Positions 9,655-21,159 of a stretch of DNA of 64,000 nucleotides are shown here, one piece after another. Within the stretch, counting starts at the first letter, position 1; each line of letters starts with the position of its first letter. Under the pieces are notes generated by a model. The model was not told where the DNA came from and made no database searches. It was given only the letters and a program-made list of their open reading frames with translations. The translations under genes and the position numbers were made by a program. Source of the stretch: Chlorokybus atmophyticus (taxonomy: Eukaryota > Plantae > Mesostigma and Chlorokybus algae); contig RHPI01002990.1 in the NCBI GenBank assembly GCA_009103225.1, forward strand, positions 417,976-481,975, read 5' to 3'.

Positions 9655-12600
9655 ATGGGCACCTCTCCTGCATGGATCCATGCAGGGGAGGCACCCTCCC
9701 TTGCCTCTCTGCCTGCCTTGGCGCCTTGGCGTTCAGCCGCCGCCTGCAGCGACTGTCCTGCTGTCCAGCTATCCTGTAATGTGGCCTTTGGGGTTTCAAT
9801 TGGTGGAGCTTGGGGCCGGCTGCTGTTGCCGACTCGGATAGGACGAACTTGGTCGTGCTGCAGCCTGCCTGGTGAGCGTTACACTCACCATCAAATTCAA
9901 CGTGTGACTTGGTGATTTGTGCTAACCCTAATCTCAGCTTACTCACTCACTCACTCACTCACCCTGCCTGCATTCGTTCTTACTCACTTCAAGTCGCTAC
10001 CCGGGTAGTTTGTTTTTGTTTTTTTGACTAATTATACTCGATCTGAGCATGTTTCCCTGTTTCACTCAGTTTGCTGCTCACGCACCCGCCTTCCTTCCCA
10101 TACTCGCCACCAGTCAACTACTACTCAATTTGCACATGCTTATTTATAATTTGCAGCCCACTTCCGCACACGGCTTGCTGATCACTCACATTCAAACACT
10201 TGCTCACTCACACTCAGTTGGGTATGTTAGCTACACTCTCACAGCCTCCCTCCCTGCCTCTCTCCCCAACAAACTCATTACACTTCATTCTCAATCCGTG
10301 CACATCCACTTACCCACTTGGTTTACTACTCATTCACACTTGTGCACACTTACTCACTCACTCCCGCACCGTTGAGTTTGGTCCCTCCGTCCCTTGCTCA
10401 GTACAATTTATTTTCAGTCCGGGCATCTTCACTCCCTCCCTCCCTCCCTCACTCAGTCATACTCACCCTCAACTGCACATCCACTTACCCGCTTGGTTTG
10501 CTGCTTACTCACACTTGCACACTCACTCACTCAGTCCCACACCTCCGTCCCTTACTCACTACAACTCATTTTCAGGGCATCTACACTCACCATCACGGCA
10601 ACGGTTGCACCTTCACTCATCCACTAACTGACTCACTCACTCGCTCAGTCACATGCATGCTCATACTCACCATCCCGCAGCAGCCAGGTGTGGACTGACT
10701 CAGCGGATAGAGTGCGTGAGTGAGTTTGCGAGCGAGCAATACACAGGGACTCCAAGCTAGCTACAACTCTCAGCCTGCAATCCCAACACACATTCGAGTC
10801 ACTCATTCACTGACGTACTCACTCTCGCTTGCGCACGCACTCACAGTCTGGTACACTTACACACCCTCCCTCTCTCCCTTATTTGCTGCGACTTCAAGCT
10901 CAAACCCGTGTTGTCTCACTTACCCACTCACCCACAGACATCCTCCCGCAGCAGCCAAGCTCGGAGGATGTCGTTCATATCCAAGGACCGCGGGTTGGGG
11001 AGGATTTCAAAGGCTTTCGTTCGTACTCGGGGAGTGGACATTCTGCACGACGCATATGCACGCCTACAGGACGGGTAGGGTGTTCACTTGCGTGCGTGCG
11101 CGCGTGTGTGTAATGTGCGCTGCATTTGTGATTGTGATTGTGCGTGTGTTGGTGGCAATCAATGAACTCTGTGCTGCAGGGCTGAGCGGCGCAGGATGTG
11201 GAAGCCGGGTGAACCCTGGGATGACCTCAACGCCGTGTGCCTTCACCTCCGCGCGCTGGTGGCCTCAGCAAGCAAACCCGCCCTCGGACGACTTGTGTGT
11301 TTTGAAGCTCGCCAAGTTGGCGCCTGGATCCTCGCTCACTCGGGCTAGCCTGCTGCGCCTGGCGCTCATCACGTGGATCCTCGAGCTGCCCCTTGGCGAC
11401 CCCCTGCGCCACGCGCAGACATGGCGAGACATAGCCTCGCACCCTTCCCTTCACGGCGAAGACCTGCACCAAACCGTGCGCATGTCCTATTATGCACGCT
11501 TTGTGCATGGCTTCGATCTCTTGGATCAGGCCGTGCTCATGCTAGAGACCTCCTTGACAGACGCTCAGGTATGTATATGCGTGCGTGCGCGTTGTGTTAA
11601 TATAATCTCGGTGTCTTCAACACACAAGTTGTGTGAGCGAGCTGAACTAGCAAAGTACACACCCCTGTGTGCAGCTGGTTGCACAGGCTAACAAGTGTGC
11701 CCATGTTTAATGCGTGTGCCGCAGTGTGCACTGACTGGCTTGTGTTTCTCCTGTTTCAGATCTCCCTCCTGTTGAGCATGCTTGGCCTCTGGCGCGACTC
11801 TCGCGAGGGGTGCTCTCCGGAGAGCAATCATCGCGCCAGGCAATACGAAGAGGTGTTTCGGCGGCTGTCTGCTGGCTATAGGGTTACTGAGGAACAAGGT
11901 GAAGACACTTACAGTCAGGAGGAGGGAGAGGACCTCGCCAACTGCGGCTCCGTCAAGCACTTCCTCACCTTGAGTGACGGGTGTCATCCTTGCGCTCTGC
12001 TGACCAGCGCAAGACCTCTACCCCGTCTGCAGCGAACCTTCAGCACGCTCCCGTTCACATTCCCCACGCACAGCCTGGTGATGGCGAGCCATCATCTGGT
12101 ATCCATGGTCAACGTGCGGGCGTCTGAACGGGGGTACGTCCCTCGAGGCGGCCGCGGCCTCGATCGCGACCGTTACCTTGATTCCCTCCATTGCACGGGT
12201 GCAGCCCCGGCCTTCAATTGGCGCACTGCCGTCAGCACCATCAAGGAGGCCACAACGTCTTGGAGTACAACCGGGGTCATGGACTTCATGCGCGCTGCAG
12301 CTAGGAAGATAGAGGTCGTGTACCATCGCACGATCTCGTCGGCGTGGTACATGGAACCCCCCCAGTGGAGCCGCTTCCCTCTGGACACAGACCTGTTGGC
12401 TCTCGTGCTCGCCACGCCGTACTACACAGCCACGAAAGACCTGCAGCCTCTCCAGGCTCCGGTGGCAGCCAGTGGTGGCTACAATCCCAAGTGTGCGCGC
12501 ACCTACCTGCGCTATCGCTCGTGTGCTGATGCATGTTGGGGGTGTCACGAAACTGATCAACCGATCGCTGTGCAGGAGTAGCTTGGGCAACCTTATACGA

Positions 12601-13253
12601 TGCTTGGAGGCCTTGGGGCTGCTCTCCGGCGCTGATCTTGCCCCTGAAGTCCTAGAGGAGCTCTGGATGACTCAAGGGGGTGCGCGACGCTTGTACCGAA
12701 CCATGATCAGCCAGGCTGAACCTTACATGGACGTGCACGTCGGGGAGGTGGCAGACATCCTCTGCGCTCCTGCGTACCAGGTGCGCACTTGGTTCTGAAT
12801 GCTGCTTGCAATGATATGCAAACGTGCTGCTTCATGCTCTCAACCGCACAGGACCTCGCACATGTGCCTGGCCGAGCCGACATCATGCAGCTCGCTGCCT
12901 GCGGCCGGTCGCTCCTGGAGTTGGCTCGACGCATGAAGCAGGTCAGCATGCTGACGTGGAGCATGCTGAAGTTTGAAAAGCTACCCGGTATTGGCCACAT
13001 CACCCTGGAGGTGCATTGGGCCGATAATAAGAATCAAGACAGCACGGTGCGTGCAAGAACTGTGCAGTGATTTGCTGAACCAATGCCATTGACATAACAA
13101 CTTACACTGTGTGTGTGTTTTCAGCAACTCTATACTCGCGGCGGCATCTACGACGAGGCCGCTGTCTTTGATCTTATCCGGCTCGCACATTACTTCAACT
13201 TGCTTTCGCATAGCGATCTGCCATTAGGAGGACTCGCTGCGCTGCCTCCACTT
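9655..13253 (+). repeat. Left arm of large inverted repeat (segment A)
   Basis: ORFs mirror those at 13797-17230 (coordinate sums 27050 inside, 27044 beyond a 6-bp indel near 11130). The arm starts at atgggcac. Confidence 0.95.
11180..13253 (+). pseudogene. 5' exons of a large unknown multi-exon gene (frameshifted/stop-disrupted), forward copy truncated at 13253
   Basis: Protein-like blocks are bounded by GT-AG sites: ...LETSLTDAQ|gtatgt, ttcag|ISLLLSMLGLWRD..., ...ILCAPAYQ|gtgcgc, ...NKNQDST|gtgcgt, ttttcag|QLYTRGGIYDE. No family was recognised. Confidence 0.55.
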
Positions 13254-15870
13254 CTGAGGCAAAGAGGTAATGAGACAGGTGAGTGAGATGGAAGCATTCA
13301 ACACAAACAAACACGAATGCAAGCCATACAGCTGCCTCGCCCGCGCGCACGCACGTACGAGGCAGCAGGGGCAGACCGAATGAGACAGATGGACGAGCTT
13401 GAATCATACAACACAAACAACTTGTTGAACACACGAAGCAAAGAGTTACTGATCGTGGACACAAGGCATGCACGTGTATGAGACGAGCACGTGCCGACAG
13501 AGTGCAGCAGCAAGCAACATGTTCAAGCGTGTGCTTACTTGTCAACGAAGCCAGCCTGGGCCGCAACGGTGGGCTCTTGAAAGTCGAAATGGAGGCTGCC
13601 GTCCAGCACCCACGGTACGAAGACTCCCGTGGTAGTGGCGCCTGCGCGGACGCCATGCGCGTCGATGTCGAACCCTGCTGTGCGAAGCATCACCAGGGCA
13701 GCCTGTTGAAGCTTCACTGTGGGCCATGCCTCCCCAGTCGGCAGTCCCTGTGGTGTCAGATCCTGGAAGAGAGGTTGCTGCCACGCCAGCGGGTGCAAGT
13801 GGAGGCAGCGCAGCGAGTCCTCCTAATGGCAGATCGCTATGCGAAAGCAAGTTGAAGTAATGTGCGAGCCGGATAAGATCAAAGACAGCGGCCTCGTCGT
13901 AGATGCCGCCGCGAGTATAGAGTTGCTGAAAACACACACACAGTGTAAGTTGTTATGTCAATGGCATTGGTTCAGCAAATCACTGCACAGTTCTTGCACG
14001 CACCGTGCTGTCTTGATTCTTATTATCGGCCCAATGCACCTCCAGGGTGATGTGGCCAATACCGGGTAGCTTTTCAAACTTCAGCATGCTCCACGTCAGC
14101 ATGCTGACCTGCTTCATGCGTCGAGCCAACTCCAGGAGCGACCGGCCGCAGGCAGCGAGCTGCATGATGTCGGCTCGGCCAGGCACATGTGCGAGGTCCT
14201 GTGCGGTTGAGAGCATGAAGCAGCACGTTTGCATATCATTGCAAGCAGCATTCAGAACCAAGTGCGCACCTGGTACGCAGGAGCGCAGAGGATGTCTGCC
14301 ACCTCCCCGACGTGCACGTCCATGTAAGGTTCAGCCTGGCTGATCATGGTTCGGTACAAGCGTCGCGCACCCCCTTGAGTCATCCAGAGCTCCTCTAGGA
14401 CTTCAGGGGCAAGATCAGCGCCGGAGAGCAGCCCCAAGGCCTCCAAGCATCGTATAAGGTTGCCCAAGCTACTCCTGCACAGCGATCGGTTGATCAGTTT
14501 CGTGACACCCCCAACATGCATCAGCACACGAGCGATAGCGCAGGTAGGTGCGCGCACACTTGGGATTGTAGCCACCACTGGCTGCCACCGGAGCCTGGAG
14601 AGGCTGCAGGTCTTTCGTGGCTGTGTAGTACGGCGTGGCGAGCACGAGAGCCAACAGGTCTGTGTCCAGAGGGAAGCGGCTCCACTGGGGGGGTTCCATG
14701 TACCACGCCGACGAGATCGTGCGATGGTACACGACCTCTATCTTCCTAGCTGCAGCGCGCATGAAGTCCATGACCCCGGTTGTACTCCAAGACGTTGTGG
14801 CCTCCTTGATGGTGCTGACGGCAGTGCGCCAATTGAAGGCCGGGGCTGCACCCGTGCAATGGAGGGAATCAAGGTAACGGTCGCGATCGAGGCCGCGGCC
14901 GCCTCGAGGGACGTACCCCCGTTCAGACGCCCGCACGTTGACCATGGATACCAGATGATGGCTCGCCATCACCAGGCTGTGCGTGGGGAATGTGAACGGG
15001 AGCGTGCTGAAGGTTCGCTGCAGACGGGGTAGAGGTCTTGCGCTGGTCAGCAGAGCGCAAGGATGACACCCGTCACTCAAGGTGAGGAAGTGCTTGACGG
15101 AGCCGCAGTTGGCGAGGTCCTCTCCCTCCTCCTGACTGTAAGTGTCTTCACCTTGTTCCTCAGTAACCCTATAGCCAGCAGACAGCCGCCGAAACACCTC
15201 TTCGTATTGCCTGGCGCGATGATTGCTCTCCGGAGAGCACCCCTCGCGAGAGTCGCGCCAGAGGCCAAGCATGCTCAACAGGAGGGAGATCTGAAACAGG
15301 AGAAACACAAGCCAGTCAGTGCACACTGCGGCACACGCATTAAACATGGGCACACTTGTTAGCCTGTGCAACCAGCTGCACACAGGGGTGTGTACTTTGC
15401 TAGTTCAGCTCGCTCACACAACTTGTGTGTTGAAGACACCGAGATTATATTAACACAACGCGCACGCACGCATATACATACCTGAGCGTCTGTCAAGGAG
15501 GTCTCTAGCATGAGCACGGCCTGATCCAAGAGATCGAAGCCATGCACAAAGCGTGCATAATAGGACATGCGCACGGTTTGGTGCAGGTCTTCGCCGTGAA
15601 GGGAAGGGTGCGAGGCTATGTCTCGCCATGTCTGCGCGTGGCGCAGGGGGTCGCCAAGGGGCAGCTCGAGGATCCACGTGATGAGCGCCAGGCGCAGCAG
15701 GCTAGCCCGAGTGAGCGAGGATCCAGGCGCCAACTTGGCGAGCTTCAAAACACACAAGTCGTCCGAGGGCGGGTTTGCTTGCTGAGGCCACCAGCGCGCG
15801 GAGGTGAAGGCACACGGCGTTGAGGTCATCCCAGGGTTCACCCGGCTTCCACATCCTGCGCCGCTCAGCC
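13254..15870 (-). pseudogene. Inverted copy of the same 5' exons, extended by segment B (13796-13481) and intron X (to 13254)
   Basis: The reading continues past the arm end (LPPLA... / ...AAQAGFVDK|gtaagc) into an intron whose 3' part matches 17233-17480. Confidence 0.55.
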
Positions 15871-17230
15871 CTGCAGCACAGAGTTCATTGATTGCCACCA
15901 ACACACGCACAATCACAAATGCAGCGCACATTACACACACGCGCGCACGCACGCAAGTGAACACCCTACCCGTCCTGTAGGCGTGCATATGCGTCGTGCA
16001 GAATGTCCACTCCCCGAGTACGAACGAAAGCCTTTGAAATCCTCCCCAACCCGCGGTCCTTGGATATGAACGACATCCTCCGAGCTTGGCTGCTGCGGGA
16101 GGATGTCTGTGGGTGAGTGGGTAAGTGAGACAACACGGGTTTGAGCTTGAAGTCGCAGCAAATAAGGGAGAGAGGGAGGGTGTGTAAGTGTACCAGACTG
16201 TGAGTGCGTGCGCAAGCGAGAGTGAGTACGTCAGTGAATGAGTGACTCGAATGTGTGTTGGGATTGCAGGCTGAGAGTTGTAGCTAGCTTGGAGTCCCTG
16301 TGTATTGCTCGCTCGCAAACTCACGCACTCTATCCGCTGAGTCAGTCCACACCTGGCTGCTGCGGGATGGTGAGTATGAGCATGCATGTGACTGAGTGAG
16401 TGAGTGAGTGAGTGAGTCAGTTAGTGGATGAGTGAAGGTGCAACCGTTGCCGTGATGGTGAGAGTGGATGCCCTGAAAATGAGTTGTAGTGAGTAAGGGA
16501 CGGAGGTGTGGGACTGAGTGAGTGAGTGTGCAAGTGTGAGTAAGCAGCAAACCAAGTGGGTAAGTGGATGTGCACGGATTGTTAATGAAGTGTAATGAGT
16601 TTGTTGGGGAGAGAGGCAGGGAGGGAGGCTGTGAGAGTGTAGCTAACATACCGAACTGAGTGTGAGTGAGCAAGTGTGTGAATGTGAGTGATCAGCAAGC
16701 CGTGTGCGGAAGTGGGCTGCAAGCTATAAATAAGCATGTGCAAATTGAGTATGACTGGTGGCGAGTATGAGAAGGAAGGCGGGTGCGTGAGCAGCAAACT
16801 GAGTGAAACAGGGGAACCTGCTCAGATCGAGTATAATTAGTCAAAAAAACAACAACAGTCAAAAACACAACAAAAACAAACTACCCAGGTAGCGACTTGA
16901 AGTGAGTAAGAACGAATGCAGGCAGGGTGAGTGAGTGAGTGAGTGAGTAAGCTGAGATTAGGGTTAGCACAAATCACCAAGTCACACGTTGATTTTGATG
17001 GTGAGTGTAACTCACCGGGCAGGCTGCAGCACGACCAAATTTGTTCTATCCGAGTCGGCAACAGCAGCCGGCCCCAAGCTCCACCAATTGAAACCCCGAA
17101 GGCCAAGTAATAGGACAGCTCGACAGCTGGACAGTCGCTGCAGGCGGCGGGAGGAAGGCGCCAAGATCGCCAAGGCAGAGAGGCAAGGGGAGGGCGCCTC
17201 CCCTGCATGGATCCATGCAGGGGTGCCCAT
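13797..17230 (-). repeat. Right arm of large inverted repeat (segment A inverted)
   Basis: Reverse complement of the left arm. The inner ~2.5 kb gives identical translations; the outer ~1 kb has substitutions and indels. It ends at gtgcccat. Confidence 0.95.
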
Positions 17231-17489
17231 CCTCTCATACACGTGCATGCCTTGTGTCCACGTGCAGTAACTCTTTGCTTCGTGTGTTCAACAAGTTGTT
17301 TGTGTTGTATGATTCAAGCTCTCTTCCATCTGTCTCATTCAGTCTGCCCCGGCTGCCTCGTACGTGCGTGCGCGCGTGCGAGGCAGCTGTATGGCTTGCA
17401 TTCGTGTTGGTGAGTTTGTTTGTTTGTTTGTTTGTGTTGAATGCTTCCATCTCACTCACCTGTCTCATTACCTCTTTGCTATGTGCACA

Positions 17490-20400
17490 GCTCAAAGATA
17501 ATGCTGCAGTACGTGAGGTCCCTTGCTACAAGGGCGGCCCAGATTGCCAAGAGACATGGGCTGCTAGCATCCGACAGCGTTCCCGACACCCGCGAAGACA
17601 GCAATACCAAAGTTCAGCGGTCAGCAACATTGATGCAACTGCTGCATATGCAGCGCGCAGACGAGGCGGTCCGCCGTCGCGCGGGACGTCATCTCCGAAT
17701 CAGTCACCCGCCGACAAGGGTGGGACTTCGACACGGCCCCTAAGGGGATCGCAGGTAGGTGCACGTGCATGCACGTCTCTGTTCTGCTTGAAACTGATGT
17801 GATACTCATAGACGGCGTCTTGGCCGCAGCTCTGCGTGCGGCCCAAGACGAGTACAAACAGAAGTGCAGGAAAGAACCCCGACAGCAAGCCTGCACGACG
17901 AGGTCGTGCCCGTGGCGCGCATTCGCGAGGTCCGTACTGTCCAAGTCCAGGAGCTGGAGCAGCAACGGCGCACCCTCCTCAACGATTATGCGGCGCGCGC
18001 AAGGACAAACACGGGCATGTCGGGGAGCCGGCATGCGACAATGCCGCCTGAGGTGAAACGCGAGGTCGACCGCATCTCTGCACAGCTCAGAGCACTCCTC
18101 GACAAGGGCGGGCTCCAAGCCATGCATGCCGAGCTGGATGGCATGCAAGTCAACCCCTCGTCAACCCGTCTGGAGGGAGAGCGTGACACAATGCACCCCG
18201 ACTTGAACAGAGTCCTCGACGCTCTGCGCAGGCGTGGCAGCGCGGCGGGCCACACCACGTTGACCGCGTTCATTGCTGCAGGTCCGGAGTCATGGTACAA
18301 AGACCCCGACCTTTGCACGCCGTGCGCACTCCTTCCAGAGTGCCTCCGACGAGCTCCTCAGCCAGCACTCCAGCATCCTCTACTGCCCGCTCTACTCGCG
18401 CCGAAGGCAGATCCATCACCGCTCGAGTGGCGTGGCACCCGCTAGTACGAGACGAGGCGTCTCAGCAACCAGAGGGTGTCTCAGCGGAAGCGGCGTATGA
18501 GGAGGCCCAAGCAGCATCAGTTGCGCAGCGCGCAGCAGCCTTGCAGGAGTTGAAGGACTTCGTTGACGATGCCGTGCAAGCGCGGTGGGGCGCCGAATGT
18601 TGGGACAAGGCTTACGCTGCCTACAACTATGGCTGGACCGGGCCAAAGTGTCTTGACCTACCGGTCCTGACAAACATTACTCAGGTGTGTTCGTATGTTT
18701 ATGTTGATTATTCAAGTGTGTTCTCGTGTGTTCGTGTGCATGTTTCAAGCTCCCTCATCTGTCTAATTCAGTCTGCCCCTGCTGCCTCGTGCGTGCGTGC
18801 GTGCGTGCGTGCCTGCGTGTGCACGAGGCAGCTGCGTGGTCTGCGTTCGTGTTGGTTTGTGTGTTTGCTTGTGTTGAATGCTTCAAAATCTCACATCTAC
18901 GTGCACAGGCTGCTCTAGACAATGTGGGTGTCTCCACAACTGCCGAACTCGACGACTTCACCACCCGACACATCACCGCCAGCAGGCGGAACACGAAGGC
19001 CAAGTGGGAGGGGCGGGTCCAATCCGGCCACCCAGCCCACAGCAGTATGCAGGAGTTCTTTGGCAGCTGCACCAACAAGCTTCCCTTGTTGGTGCAGATC
19101 TTCCTGCACCGGCTTCGCTTCGGGCTCTTGCCCGACACCGATCTGCAACAACTTGAGGACATGTGGGGGCTCAACCCTCGCATCATCATCGGCGCGGCGT
19201 GGGACGATTACGCCGAGCGCGCATCGCAGCTGTAAGTACTAGTAGTAGATGTTGATTGCTGCAAAATCAGTCAGCTCGCACACCCACAAGTGCAAGCGCA
19301 AGCGCACGCACGCGCACACGCATGCAGAGATGTACTTTGCACAGTGCCACATGTGTGCTGCACTGAAACAGGAAGGAGCGCTTGGAGCAGGCCGCTGCTC
19401 CATTGAGTCGGCTGAAGAAGGGTGTACAGGATGCCAAGAACCGCAGCGCACGCGCTCTCGCCATCCAGAAGACTGCTGGCGCATCCCCCAGCTCTTCATC
19501 ACCCGCCCTTCAGCATCGCGCAGTGCATGGCGTCAGCACACTGCAGCAGCTTGACAACCAGCTGCACGATACTGGACGCAGCGGGCTCATGCAGCTCGCG
19601 GTGGTGGCTGCATTGTCATTGTCGCGGAGAAGGACCGCGCCAACTGTTGTCAGCGTCAAGGACATGATCCGCAGGCCGACCTTCGAGGCAATCAAGGCAC
19701 TGGAGCTTGGCAACGTCGGTGAGCTAGAGGTCGCGGAGGCAGCAGTGGCGCTGTGGGCGCGCAATGCTATTCACATTGTCGGCGTCACAACCTTGGAAGA
19801 GGCAGGAGCTTGGGCCGCTGCACGAGGTGCCAAGTCCAAGGCGTTTTCCGCTGCGGAGGGGTTGGTTGAAGCATACAAGACAGGCAAGCTCGCAGAGTTC
19901 TACAGGGCCCATTCTCCTCGTGAGGCTGCAGCCGACAGCGATCAGCAACAGACCCCTTGCGAGCCGGACGACAGCGACGAGGAGGTCCTCCACGTGAGCG
20001 CACGGCATGAAGACACCGTCCTTCAAGAGCTGGTGCGTGATCAGTACGACTATTTGATAACAAGCACTAATACATTGCTTGCAAGAGTAACAAGTGTTTG
20101 TTAACAAACAGTTGTTACTCATTAACACGTTGCAGTGTGTTAGTGAGTAACAATTGTAACGTGATTGTGATAGTTATGTCAATCTGTGATGTTAATGATA
20201 GGAGGACAGTGACGACGATGAAGGGGTTGGCGCTGTGGACCAGCACGTCCTTCAAGTTGCAGCAGAGGAGATTGAGGCACAGCTGGCAGGTTAGTTGGCT
20301 CTCTCATTTGCTGCTGCATGAAGCAATAGCTCTCTTGTAAGCATCTCTTGTTGTGGTGGTAATTGTCATTGTACGTGTGTTGTTGTATCCTGTTGTTCAT

Positions 20401-20820
20401 TACACAATTTGTGTGCGTGTGCTTGTGTGTGTTCACGCGCGCGCGCGCATGTCGGTGTGCAGCGGAGGACTTGCAAGCGTCGCCGGCTCGAGTGGTTGCT
20501 CGCCCATCCACTGCTCCAGGCAGACTCACCCTGGAGGACACGGTGAGTTTGCTTGTTCCTTGACTCTCCTTGGAAAGCATGCATGATGTACATGTGTGCT
20601 TCGTGATGCACTTTAATGTATGTTGACGGTTGCAATGTTGGATGTGCAGTCTCCGCACAGCCCCTCGTCATCCAAACGCAAGGCAAACAAGCAAACCCCG
20701 AGCTCGGGGTCCTTGCAGGGGACTGGCACGGACTTAAAGCAAGCATCAAGACCAACACTGCCTTCCACTGCAGCCCCAAAGGCTCGGCGATGGCTCCTCT
20801 CAGAGTCCGAGTCTGAGTGA
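17490..20820 (+). pseudogene. 3' exons of the same unknown gene (segment C), with frameshifts
   Basis: Spliceable blocks: gcacag|...gatcgcag|gtaggt; atag|DGVLAAAL.../...PVLTNITQ|gtgtgt; cacag|AALDNVG...ERASQL|gtaagt; an exon with LEQAAAPLSRLKKG...; EDSDDDEGVG...; AEDLQASP...EDT|gtgagt; final exon SPHSPSS...SESESE* ending 20820. Confidence 0.55.
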
Positions 20821-21159
20821 GCTGAGTGCTGCTTGTTCTAGTGCGGTAGTGCTAGCTAGCCGCAGTGCTAGTCCCCGAAGTAGTCGCTTAGATAGATTGT
20901 GACAGTGACGGTGCACGTTCTTCATGTGCATGTGAGTGTTGTTGCGTGTTTGTCATGTTCGTTATCATTCACTGAGTTGCATGCGGTGGTTGTTGTTGGC
21001 AAGTAGCATGAAGTAGCATGTGCACGCTCAGTTGAGGCAGACATGTATGTGCATGAAAGAACCACCACATCAATGACATAATTGCACTAATGAGTATACA
21101 TAGCCGTTATACAATGATACATTGTAGTTGGCGGTTATACAATGAATATACATAGCCGG

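Noticed and set aside
13620-13660. AHGVRAGATT resembling the tyrosine-recombinase HxxR-G-AT box
   Set aside because: The downstream H/W and catalytic Tyr spacing and the upstream Arg box are not recognisable, so one short motif is insufficient.
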